The notes under the pieces: model-generated
Database searches by the model: none
What the model was told of the DNA's origin: nothing
The model's input: the letters and a program-made list of their open reading frames with translations, nothing else
Translations under genes and position numbers: made by a program
Assembly (NCBI RefSeq): GCF_964213995.1
Contig: NW_027590284.1
Span: 372,001 to 436,000 of the forward strand
DNA length: 64,000 bases
DNA from: Mustelus asterias
Taxonomy: Eukaryota
Reading direction: 5' to 3'
Part shown: one piece after another, positions 37,880 to 49,010 of the stretch
How the letters are laid out: each line of letters opens with the position of its first letter
Numbering within the stretch: position 1 is the first letter of the stretch

Positions 37880-38950
37880 TTTGTGAGACATGATTTTCCA
37901 CTCACAAAGCCATGCTGTCCCTAATCAGTCCTTGCGTCTCTAAATGCCTGTAGATCCTGTCTCTCAAAATACTTTCGAGCAACTTAGCCACTACAGATGT
38001 GAGGCTCACCCACTGGCCTCTAGTTCCCAGGCTTTTCCCTGCAACCCTTCTTAAACAAAGGCACAACATTTGCCACACTCCAATCTTCAGGCACCTCACC
38101 TGTGACTATCGATGATTCAAATATCTCTGCTAGGGGACCCACAATTTCCACCCGAGCCTTCCACAATGTCCTGGGATACACTTCATCAGGTCCCAGGGAT
38201 TTATCTCCCTTGATGCACTTTACGACTTCCAGCACCTCCTTCTCTGGTTACATGTGCACTCCTCAAGACATCACTATTCATTTCCCCAAGTTCCCTAACA
38301 TCCATGCTTTTCTCAACAACGGATTTCTCAAAGGATTGTGAATGAAGTCCAGTCCATTGCGCAAACCTGCCTCCCATCCATTGACTCTGTGTACACATCC
38401 GGCTGCCTCGGAAAAGCTGCCAGCATAATCAACCCTCACACCCCGGACGTTCACTCTTCCACCTATTTCCGTTGGGGAAATGAAACAAAAGTCTGAGCTC
38501 ACGTGCCAACCAACTCAAGAACAGCTTCTTCCCTGTTGCCGTCAGACTTTTGAATGGACCTACCCCGCACTAAGTTGATCTTTCTGTCCACCTGAGCTAT
38601 GACTGTAACACTACATCCTTCACTCTCTCCTTTCCTTCTCTATGAACTGTATGCTTTGTCTTGATAGTGTGCAAGAAACAATTCTTTTCACTGTATACTA
38701 ATACATGTGACAATAATAAATCAAATCAAGTGCATCCTTGGATCTTGTGGGAGTTTGGGGAACTTGGGGAAGAAATTGCAGAGGGCCTTGCAGAGGTATT
38801 TGCTTCATCCCTTTCCACTGGCAAAGTTCTGGAAGACGAGAGTGTGGCTAATGTTGTTCCATTGCTTAAGAAGGGCAGCAAAGAGAAGCCTGGTAATTAC
38901 AGGCCAATGAGCCTGACACCAGTGGCGGGTAAGTTACTGGAGAGGATTCT
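37880..38950. mobile_element. Nested LINE fragments: CR1 (-, ~37880-38335), Rex/Babar 3' end (+, ~38370-38728), CR1 (+, ~38729-38950)
   Basis: EVPEDWSVANVVPLFKKG..PGN on - and ANVVPLLKKGSKEKPGNYRPMSLT on +; aagaacagcttcttccctgttgccgtcagacttttgaatggacc. Confidence 0.8.
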
Positions 38951-39593
38951 GGCCAACCTTTGGATAATCAAGATCCGGTTAGGGAGAGTTGTCAGAGATC
39001 CTGGGTACCAGTACCTTTAGGCATTCTTAGTCGACTTGAGTACAAACAGCACTGGACACCATGCACAATCCAACGTGGGGCCTTTAATGACTTGTGCACA
39101 AGGGGAAACCCTGTGCAGCTGTCCCGCAAGTGGTTCTGATGTTACAGAAAAATAACTTGGCAATAATAGTCAATTACAGCAAATCAGAAACCAGGAATGT
39201 TTCTAATCCTTCATTGACGGACATATTCGCCAATTAAATCCTCGCTTTTCACCCTTTCGCATTCAAAATTGACTTCTGCTAATCTTTTATTTGCATAGCA
39301 TATCCCCATATCTCACCTTTGGTATTTGTTATGGAGAAATCTGGTCTTGCTCACCCTCTGGTGAAGGCCGAAAAGCAGAATGTTCTGGGGCCTACGTAGG
39401 TGAAGATTAGCCTGTTCATGCTGAAATAGCAGACACTGACTCCTTTGAAGGTCTGCAAGCCGATAAACATTTTCACTCGCTGTTACAGAGAAGGCAGGAA
39501 ACTTTAATCTGAGCATTTCCACATAGTCAGCACTGCTTCGTGCATGGGTTAGAGTGGGCCAAGGCTGAGGCAGCTGTCCTATATATATTTATA

Positions 39594-39775
39594 GAGAGAG
39601 AATAGACCAACATTTCGAGTCTGGATGACCCTTTGTCAGAGCTCTGATGAAGGGTCATCCAGACTTTAAATGTTGGCTCTATTCTCTCTCCACAGATGCT
39701 GTCAGACTTGCTGACATTTTCCAGCACTTTCTGTTTTTGTTTCAGATTCCAGCATCCGCAATATTTTGCTTTTAT
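39594..39775. mobile_element. Penelope-like palindromic terminus with decayed hammerhead ribozyme cores
   Basis: ~48-bp inverted arms centred on tcagag|ctctga (39641/39642); CTGATGA-A-GGGTC..GACT..AAA.GTT. Confidence 0.65.
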
Positions 39776-40811
39776 ATGTATTTATATATCCAAACGTGCT
39801 ATGTTAACAAAATGGACAGTTGCTAACCGTAATATAAAGCATCATGTGATTTAGCTGACTTGACCATATTCCTATAGTTATTCAGTCATTAAAGACACAG
39901 TCATGGAACATTAAACTTGCCGAGCAGGGCCCCTCGTATCAACACACAGGCAGCTGCTTTGTGAGACTGCGAGCAGCACAGACAAGTCAGAGATAAGAAT
40001 GTCTTGAGAAGAGAGATTCATTGTGAAGGCTCAAAAACAGTTGATAAGATGTAAGAACTCGATGATTCTAATGAACATTCTTTCCTCTCATTCCCCAAAA
40101 GCTGTGAATCTCCATCCCACACACTCTCCCTCCATTCTCACTCTGCTGTATCTAATATTCACCCTCCCAATTCTCCTGAAGGTGCTGATTGAGGCTGATT
40201 GACAGATCCATGCTCACTGCTTCCTGTCCACCACACACAAATCATAAGAAACAGGAGCTGCAGTTGGCCATTCAGCCCATCGAACTGCCTCAACCATTCA
40301 TTGAGAATTGGCTGATCTACCGCAGCATCATTTCCTACGCTATCCCCCAGATAGAGAGAGAATAGAGCCAATGTTTCGAGTCTGGAGAAAGGAAAGAATG
40401 TTCCATAGAAACTAGAATTGTGTGTTCTGAATTTCTATCCTGCACTGACACTGATGACCTCTGTAAACTTGTTTTACAGGATACTGAAAGAGGAATCACC
40501 GGCCGAAATCTCAAACGTCACACCTAGATCTGACAGAGTCATATTCCTTAGGACCTGAATATCATCGGCATTTGAATCGAGGAGAAATGGTTGTCCGGTC
40601 TGATGACTTGAAAAGATTTCAAACATCAGTGTGACTGGAAAAGCACCAACACACTGCCACACTGGAGTGAGTGTGTTCTAGTGCACTGAGCTTGAACCAG
40701 TTACACAGCCTGAATAAATATCACACCATTCACAGTGGGGTGGGAGGGGTGGGGGGACTGTTCTGTGTGTGGACGAGACTTCAACTGAAGAGAGGAAAGG
40801 ACACCTGCACC

Positions 40812-41905
40812 ATGGAGAAACCATGGAAATGTAGGGACTGTGGGAAGGGATACAGAGCCCCATCAGAGCTGGAAGCTCATCGGCGCAGTCACACTGGGGA
40901 GAGACCATTCATGTGCTCTCAGTGTGGGGAGGGATTTAGTCATTTATCCAGCCTGCAGAGACACCAGCGAGTTCACACTGGGGAGAGACCATTTACTTGC
41001 TCTCAGTGTGGGGAGGGATTCACTCGATTATCCCAACTGCAGACACACCAGCGAGTTCACACTGGGGAGAGGCCCTTTAGCTGCTCTCAGTGTGGGAAGG
41101 GATTCACTCAGTTATCCGTCCTGCAGACACACCAGCGAATTCATACTGGGGAGAAACCGTTCACCTGCTCTCAGTGTGAGAAGGGATTCAGTCAGTTATC
41201 CAACCTGCAGGCACACCAGCGAGTTCACACTGGGGAGAGGCCGTTCACATGCTCTCAGTGTGAGAAGGGGTTCAGTCAATTATCTAACCTGCAGACACAT
41301 CAGCGAGTTCACACTGGGGAGAGACCGTTCACCTGCTCTCAGTGTGGGAAGGGATTCACTCGGTTCTCCACCCTGCAGACACACCAGCGAGTTCACACTG
41401 GGGAGAGGCCATTCACCTGCCCTCAGTGTGGGAAGGGTTTCAGTCGATTATCTGACCTGCAGATGCACCTGCGTGTTCACACTGGGGAGAGACCGTTCAC
41501 CTGCTCTCAGTGTGGGAAGGGATTCACTGATTCATCCACCCTGCGGAGACACTAGCGAGTTCACACTGGGGAGAGGCCGTTCATCTGCTCTCAGTGTGGG
41601 AAGGGATTCACTCATTTATCCACCCTGCGGAGACACCAGCGAGTTCACACTGGGGAGAGGCCGTTCACCTGCTCTCAGTGTGGGGAGGGGTTCAGTCAAT
41701 TATCTAACCTGCAGAGACACCAGCGAGTTCACACTGGGGAGAGACCGTTCACCTGCTCTCCGTGTGGGAAGGGATTCAGTCAATTATCTGACCTGCAGAT
41801 ACACCAGCACATTCACACTGGGAGAGACCATTCACCTGCTCTCAGTGTGGGAAGGGATTCAGTCAATTATCTAACCTGCTGAGACACCAAAAAGTTCACG
41901 AGTGA
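40812..41905 (+). CDS. C2H2 zinc-finger gene, 13-finger array; ORF ends at premature TAG 41553-41555 after 8 complete fingers; 1-nt frameshift near 41820
   Basis: MEKPWKC start, TGERPF linkers, 84-bp periodicity; family acceptor ttttacag at 40479; family end cacgagtga at 41905. Truncated gene or pseudogene. Confidence 0.9.
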
Positions 41906-42169
41906 TTCCAGGGGTTGGATTCTGCTGTTATTGTTTCTGCTCTCAATTACATCCAGGACTGCATTTTGTTCATTCTCACAGTTAGTCAATGGGGAGGGTC
42001 GGGGGGTTTCTTTCTGCTAGACTGGCCGGTCTCACAACTGCCTCCAGTGGGCTGATGCTCTTTGAGTCTTGTTGCGAATACCTTGTTTTAAATTTCACAA
42101 GGATCACAGAGTGACAGGGTGTGAGGAAGTTAAGAGATATTTAATCAGCATTTCTGTTTGAAACTCCCC

Positions 42170-42465
42170 CAGATGCCCATCCAATTTCCTTTGTAATTGT
42201 TTATTGTCTCCACTTCCTCCACCCTCGGAGGCAGCGAGTTCCAGGTCATTACCATTCACTGCATCAAAATATTCTTCCTCACATCCGCGCCCCCCTGCAT
42301 CTCTGACCCAAAACCATAAATCTGTGTCCCCCCTCGTCCTTCTCCTGTCAGCTAATGGGAACAGCTTTTCTTTGTCCACCTTATCTAAACCTGTCAGAAT
42401 CTTGTCCACCTCTATCAAATCTCCCCTCAACCTCCTTTGCTCCAAGAGGAACAACCCCAGCCTGA
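42170..42465 (-). mobile_element. CR1 LINE 3' fragment
   Basis: ORF 42104-42484 LGLFLLEQRRLRGDLIEVDKILTGLDKVDKEKLFPL. Confidence 0.85.
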
Positions 42466-43209
42466 CATTGACAATAAAGAACAAACTAACAGAATATGTT
42501 AATACCTGAAATCAAATGGGAATGTTTAATTTCTATTTTAAAGAAATCATGAATATATTGTCCCGTACAATAAAGGGATTTGAATAACTCAGCTTGAGTG
42601 CAGTTGAATGGAATATATCAATCTCGTATCCACCCACAGTCGAGTGAAAGTGTGGAATGTGTAGCTGGAAATCCCTCCCTAACAGCACTGTGGGTGTACT
42701 TACACCTTCGGCATTATAGCAGTTGGAAGAAGGCAGTGTTGGCGCTGATTGTGGCCGAGGCAGCTACATACAGCCACATATTCTGTTATAATTGAAGGAC
42801 TACAGATTGAATGTGAGGCATTATGGGACTGGACTATCTTGACCACATTCCTGTGACTGCTCAGTTTCTGCAATCATGAACCATTAAAGCTGCTTAGCAG
42901 GGCCCCGACAGAGGACCTGGTGAGAATATTTACTCAGAATGAGTTAGAATGAAACTTATTCCAGGACCGGCTGGTGTTCAGTGGCTGAGATTCCCGAATC
43001 TGTAAAAAGGGGGTCTGACCAATCAACAAACAGTGGTCGGTAGTTAGTTCAGAAGCGTTCTCATGCATTATTTAAATTATTTTATCATAAATTTGTGATC
43101 AGACGTGTGAGGGACTTGTAACCCAATAGTTGTTGAATTGACGGTAAACTCCAAGTAGCACTGGACTGAAAAGGGGGTCTGACCAAGAAGTGAAGTGATC
43201 TCAGGCATT

Positions 43210-43780
43210 GTTTAAATTACATCATCATTGGCCAACTTCCCCTTTGTGATGTCACAATGGAGTCCTGCCTGAATCAGCCAATAGGAATCACTCTGCTCCG
43301 CGGTGACGTCTCTGGGTTCCAGTGCGCAGGCCCGGGCGCGCGGACCCGGGAGCCCCGCCCCCACCCATTGTCCCCCACCCATTGTTCCCCTCCCCCTGCA
43401 CCACATCGAGCCAAGGTTTCCAGGCAACCGGCTGACGGCTCCGGCCAGAGCGAGAAGCCGCTCGGTGATCTCCCCCTCCCCCCGGTCCAGGACTGCTCAT
43501 GTTGAAGGGAGAGGGAAGCTGCGCATTGCAGGGGAGAGCCCACCCCCTGACCTTCTTTGGGATTGACGAACGAGTTGGAGGACCGGAAGGAGTTTGGCCA
43601 ATCAGAGCGCGGGCTTTGTGTGAATGAAGATTGAGCTTCAGACGGACTGAAACTCCCTCCTGTCGCCAACATCTGTGAGTGGGAAAGATTGGATTGTCCA
43701 GCCAGTCCACCATATTGGCCGTTCGCTTTGCGTGTTGGCCAGTATGGTGTGCTCCAGGCAGGGGGCGGGCAGAGGATAAG
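43210..43780. promoter_or_regulatory. CpG-island promoter (CCAAT boxes, CRE-like tgacgtc/tgatgtca, GC boxes), probably for the ZNF at 46516
   Basis: gccaat at ~43277 and ~43597, ggtgacgtc ~43302, ccccgcccc ~43333, ggggcggg ~43762. Confidence 0.55.
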
Positions 43781-44313
43781 GAGTTCAAGGCGGGCTTAAT
43801 GCGCGCCTTGCGGTGAGCTTTTGGAAATGTGGCCGCTGGGAGGAACGCCTTGGTCGGCGTGAAGTTTCTGTTTCAAGTGCTTGGGTTCGTGATTTGTGCA
43901 AGAACTTTTTGTTTCGGCTGCGGCTTGTTGAATGCTGCTCTCGCTGGGATTCCTGTGCCTTGAAAGGCGTGGCCCAGGTAGATGCAATCTCGGAAGACCC
44001 AAGCCAGGGAGGAGCCATTTGGGAACTATGGTTTCGGAAGGTTCAGCCGCGGAAGGTGTGACCCCAGACGGTGCAGCCCCAGTGGGTGTGATTTTGGAAG
44101 TTCTGGCCCGGAGTGGTGGACTTTGGAGGACTGTAGTTGAGCGTTGTCGACTTCGGACGGTGGAATGTTGATGGGCGAAGCTCTGGAAGGCGATGCCTCT
44201 GAAATGTTTCACAATTGTATGGTTGTTCATGGATTGTTTGTTATTGTAATATGTGGTTTTCCTGTTATGATAGTTGGTGGTTTGTTCCGGCCCCCGTCTA
44301 CTTTCTTGCGTTA

Positions 44314-45530
44314 TTTGTGGCCTGGGGGGCATCCCCCCCTGAATAAAGTCACCCCCGGGGGGTGTGACATCCACTTGGGGAAAGTTCTGGGTGGTGAAGC
44401 CCCGGATATAGTAACACCAGAGGGATTTTATTCTCCGGGAGAAAAATTGGGAAGGCAGGCCCGAACTGAGTACCCTGGAGAGACTCTCCCACCGCCCCGG
44501 CTGAAATTCCGGAAGGGATTCCGGATTGAGTAGGTTCGGGGTGGTTTCCCCATTTCCCCCCTCCGGCTGAACATCCGTAAGGTGTAACCCCCGGATATGA
44601 GTACCACTGGAGGGTTGCATCCCCCGGCAGGTGGACAAACCCAGGGGACGGTGCCCTTATGCTTCAGTGTTTATTTTTTGTTGTGTATAGTTGTAGTGTT
44701 GTGTTAATGTTTGTAGATTTGTAGATTATGATTTGTAAATGGAGGTGTATTTTGAGGGCAATGCCCTGGAAAACTGTAATTGATGATGAACCCTTCCGAA
44801 ATGGAAGGTAGTAATTGATAAATGGATGGTGTTAGCCATCGGTAATGTATTTTTCAGATTTGTTCTTTGTTCATTTGTAATTGTTTTGTAATATCGTGTT
44901 TGTACTAACCAACGGAAAATCTTTGCATTGTTTGTGGCCTGGGGGGTATCCCCCCCCCCCCCCCCCCTGGATAGAGTGACCCCCGGGGGGTGTGACATCC
45001 AGTTGGGGAAAGTGTCCGGGGCACCCAGAGGGGTAACACCGGGGGGGTTTTGTTCTCTGGGAGAAAAATTGGGAAGGCAGGTCGAATTGAGTATCCCGGA
45101 GAGCTTTTCCCACCGCCCCAGCCGAAAATCCGGAAGGCAGTCCGGATTGAGTAGGTTCGGGGTGGTTTTCCTGTCCCCCCATCTCCAGTCAAACATCCGT
45201 CAGGTGGAACCCCCGGACCTGAGTACCTCTGGAGGGTTGCATCGCCCGGCAGGGGAAAAACCCGGGAGGCGGTGCCCTGGAGGGCGGCGGATATGCTGCA
45301 ATGTTTATTCTTGTTGTGTTGTACTAATGTTTGTCACTTTGTAGATTATGATTTGTAATTGGAGGTGTATTGAGAGGGCAATGCCCTGGAAAACTATGAC
45401 CGTTAGTGAACCCTTCCGAAATAGAAGATAGTAACTGATAAATGGATGGCGTTAGCCATTGGTAATGTATTTTTTTCACATTTTGTTCTTTGTGTATTTG
45501 TAATTGTTTTGTATTAACGTATTTGTAATA
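44314..45530. repeat. Tandem duplication of a ~620-bp GC-rich unit within an unclassified insertion (~43785-46265)
   Basis: ttgtggcctgggggg at 44315 and 44932; tttgtagattatgatttgtaa at 44718 and 45338. Confidence 0.88.
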
Positions 45531-46515
45531 AACAAAAAGAAACCAACATCTGAGAGTTACGGAGCTTACTCACTGGAGACACCCGTCTTTGTTGTTTCTG
45601 CTGAATTGTTGACTTCCAGGAAGAAGGAAGGAAGGAAAGAAGGGGGAAGGAAGACAGCTATCGCCTGCCTGCCTGCCATCCGGCCTACCTGCCGTCCGGC
45701 CTGCCTGCATGCCTGCTGTCTGGCCGGCCTGCCATCCGGCCTGCCTGCCTGCTTGCTGCCGTCCGACGACTGGAGGGAGAGAAGACACAGAGAGAGTTTC
45801 TCTTTGTTGTTTTTTCCATCTACAGGAAGGAGGACTTAAACATTTCAACATCAAGGGACTGAGTGGCTGGGCTGGTGCCCTCATCATCAGAATGTCGGTG
45901 CCTGAAAAGGAGAGGGGGGAAGAATATGAAGACTGTTTTCCATCTGCAGGGATGGGGGTGAAGACACCCTGGACTTAAACTGTTTCGCCCAAGAGGGCTG
46001 AAGGAGCAAAGTCCCCCTACCTACTGCTGCCGCCCCCAACACCGGCACCCCGCCCCCCCCCCCCGACTGGGGCACCGGCCCTCCTCAGTGCCCTGTCCAT
46101 CGTCCTCCCTCCTGCTCCTCCAACCTCCTCTCTCTCTCTCTAACTCCGGGGAGTGAGCAACTGAACCCCCACCCACCTACCCCACCCTCCCTTATTTCCC
46201 TCTCTGATCTCGCCTTGCCACCTGGGCAGAGACGCCCATTACCTATCCCTCCTACTACTAGAGAATTCATTCCCTGTTTTGTCAGTGACAGAAAATTTCA
46301 CAATTCAATGTGACAGAAAAAGAACTGAGACACACACACTCACACACCCGAGTGAGAGTGCTCCAGTGAACTGACTGTGAATAGAGCTTTAACCAGTTAC
46401 ACAGCCTGAAAAACACCACACCATTCACAGTGGGGAGAAACCATACACATGGTCTGTATGTGGATGAGGCTTCAACTAATCATCCAACCTGGAAAGACAG
46501 AAGGACACCAGCACC

Positions 46516-47034
46516 ATGGACAAACCGTGGAAATGTGAGGATTCTGGTAAAGGATTCAATTATCCATCCCGGTTGGAAACCCATCGACACGGTCACATTG
46601 GGGTGGGGAAAATGGAGAAACCATGGAAATGTGATGATTGTGGTAAAGGATTCAATTATCCATACTTGCTGGAAAACCATAGACACAGTTACACTGGAGA
46701 GAGGTCATTCACCTGTTCTGTGTGTGGGAAAGGATTCACTACCTCATCCCACCTGCTGTTACACCAGCGAATTCACACTGAGGAGAGGCCGTTCAGCTGC
46801 TCCACCTGTGGAAAGCGGTTCTCATGTTCATCCAACCTCAGTGCACATCAGCGAGTTCACACCGGGGAGAAACCATTCACCTGCTCTGATTGTGGCAAGG
46901 GATTCAGTCAATCATCCAACCTGGTAAAGCACCAGCGAATTCACACTGGGGACAGGCCATTCACCTGCTCCGTGTGTGGGAAGGGATTCACTCAGTCACC
47001 TCACCTGCTGAAACACCATCATGTTCACGAGTGA
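46516..47034 (+). CDS. C2H2 zinc-finger protein, 172 aa (4 intact + 2 degenerate fingers)
   Basis: Duplicated M(D/E)KPWKC unit (46516, 46612); finger 1 Cys to Ser, finger 2 His to Tyr; ends HE*. Confidence 0.85.
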   Translation: MDKPWKCEDSGKGFNYPSRLETHRHGHIGVGKMEKPWKCDDCGKGFNYPYLLENHRHSYTGERSFTCSVCGKGFTTSSHLLLHQRIHTEERPFSCSTCGKRFSCSSNLSAHQRVHTGEKPFTCSDCGKGFSQSSNLVKHQRIHTGDRPFTCSVCGKGFTQSPHLLKHHHVHE

Positions 47035-47174
47035 CTGCAAGGACTGAATTTTGCTGTTAATCACATCGAGGTTCCAACCATTTTCATTGGTGTCTGTTTC
47101 TGCTGATGTTAATAAACCCTGGCCCAGTTGTAAGATTTGTATTGTGTATTGTCTTGTCTGAGTCCTGAACACAT

Positions 47175-47350
47175 AAATAAAAACAAGAAGTGCTGTAAAA
47201 ACTCAGCAGGTCTGACAGCATCTCTGGAGAGAGAAACAGAGCTAATGTTTTGACACTGAAGAAGAGTCACATTCAACTGGAAACATTAACTGTTCCTGTC
47301 TTTACAGATTCTGTCAGACTTACTGAGATTTTGCAGCAACTTCTGTTTTT
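47175..47350. mobile_element. Penelope-like inverted terminal pair
   Basis: ctcagcaggtctgacagcatct.. followed by ctgaagaagagtc..gaaacatt..ctgtcagacttactgagatttt. Confidence 0.55.
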
Positions 47351-48054
47351 AGAATGACGGTGAATGCTGGGCACATGAATCAGAGATTGGTGTAAAACTG
47401 GGATCTGCTCCTAAATCAAAGTGAAACAGCAGGTTAAAGTTTCCAGTCTGAAAAGTACTCTGGTTATTATACTATATCTACAATTTTAAGGCTGGTTTTA
47501 ACTCATTTAAAATAAACCTATTTAAAATATATTTGTTAAAGTCAGTATTAAAATACGAGTTGGATGAGTTCACAGGAGCCTGTTAACCACTGGGACAATT
47601 ATTCAACAAACATTGGATTTCCAGATAGAGAAGAAGCTGCAGTTTGTTTGCAGGAATTCCCTGTTTTATTGATGTGTGTGTGTTAGACATCAGGATAACT
47701 AAAACTACACAAACCTGGAACATCAATGGTGATCTGATTGACAGTTACTCTGGGAATCACTCCCACTGTGAAACTTCAGCACTGACACTGCTGAATGTTG
47801 TCGGCTCAGGGAGTGGGGCCTCCAGGAGCGGACTGTAAAAAAGCTGGGTTTCAGTATCCTGACTAATATATGGTGAGGAACCAGAAAAATCCTTACTGAG
47901 GAACTGTCTGGGGTTTTACCAGTGTAGGTTCAGGGGCGAATGATTCCTGACTCCCTGAAATGTCTGATATTGAACCCAGTTTGGAACAAGATTCATTCAG
48001 TTTCCAGGAGAATAGGGACAAATATCACCCACAACTGAGAGAGAGAAAAACAGC

Positions 48055-48800
48055 CACCTTGATCAATGACTTGGATGAAGCCAGAATTGATGATACAAAG
48101 ATAGGTAGAAAAGCAAGTTGTGAGGTTATTACAAAAAATCTGTAAGGGACACAGATAAGTTACCTGAATGGACAGAAAAATGGCAGATGGAGTATAGTGC
48201 GGGAAAGTGGGAGCTTTTCCACTTTGGCAGGAAGAATAGAGAAGCAAAAAATTGTTTAAATATACAGAAACTGAAGAATACTGCCGTAGAGAGGAATCTG
48301 GGTGACCTTGTACATGAATCGTGAAAAAATAGGATGAAGGTACAGCAAGTAAAGAAGAAGGCAAATGGAGTGTTGGACTTTACTGCAAGGGGGTGGAGTT
48401 TGAAAAAGGGAACTTGCTGCACCTACACAGGACATTGCTGAGAGAGCAGCTGGAATACTGTGTACGGTTCTGGTCTCCCTACTTATGGAATGACATGTTT
48501 TCATTGGAATGAGTTCAGAGAAAGTTCACCAGGCCCATTCCTAAGATGAAGGTGTTGTCTTTTGAGGAAAGGTTGTGAAGGTGTAGGGGAGAATTCTCCC
48601 GTCCCACCCACCACAGGAATCGTAGCAGGCCGGGGGGTGGACCAGACAAAGGTCCTTTGACCTCGCAGAATCCAACTCGTTGTCTTTTGGGGAAGGGTTG
48701 CACCGATACTCATTGGGTTTGGAAGAATGAGCAGTGAACATTCTGAAACGTGAGATTCTCATGGGCAGTTGACAAGCTCGAGGCCAAGAGGATGATTCAT
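48055..48800 (+). mobile_element. Degenerate CR1 LINE fragment
   Basis: atcaatgacttggatga, gatgatacaaagataggt, ctggaatactgtgtacggttctggtctcc. Confidence 0.75.
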
Positions 48801-48914
48801 GAAGGAGTCTTGAACTTGGTGCCACAGATCTACAAGGAAGCCAAGTGTATTCTTTCAGCCCTTACAGACACCAATACTTTATCCTCAGTTTTAGTCAGGT
48901 TAGTCAGAGGTTTT

Positions 48915-49010
48915 GTCAGGTGTGGTGAAAGCTTCAACCAATCATCTGGCCTTTTGGAACACAATTGCAGTCACAGGGAGATGCCATGGAAATGTGGGGA
49001 TTGTGGGAAG
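48915..49010 (+). pseudogene. C2H2 ZNF remnant truncated by CR1 insertion
   Basis: CGESFNQSSGLLEHNCSHREMPWKCGDCGK runs directly into the CR1 tail aacataagaactaggagc. Confidence 0.75.

Noticed and set aside
40840-41874. 344-aa ORF with HTSEFTLGR repeats (also 53330-54043, 46430-46927)
   Set aside because: Alternative-frame shadow of the C2H2 arrays.
40896-41880. CRISPR-like repeat/spacer periodicity
   Set aside because: Vertebrate DNA; the 84-bp period is coding zinc fingers and there are no cas genes.
40812-41905. PRDM9 itself
   Set aside because: No KRAB, SSXRD or PR/SET exons seen; it shares the MEKPWKC cassette with neighbouring ZNFs.
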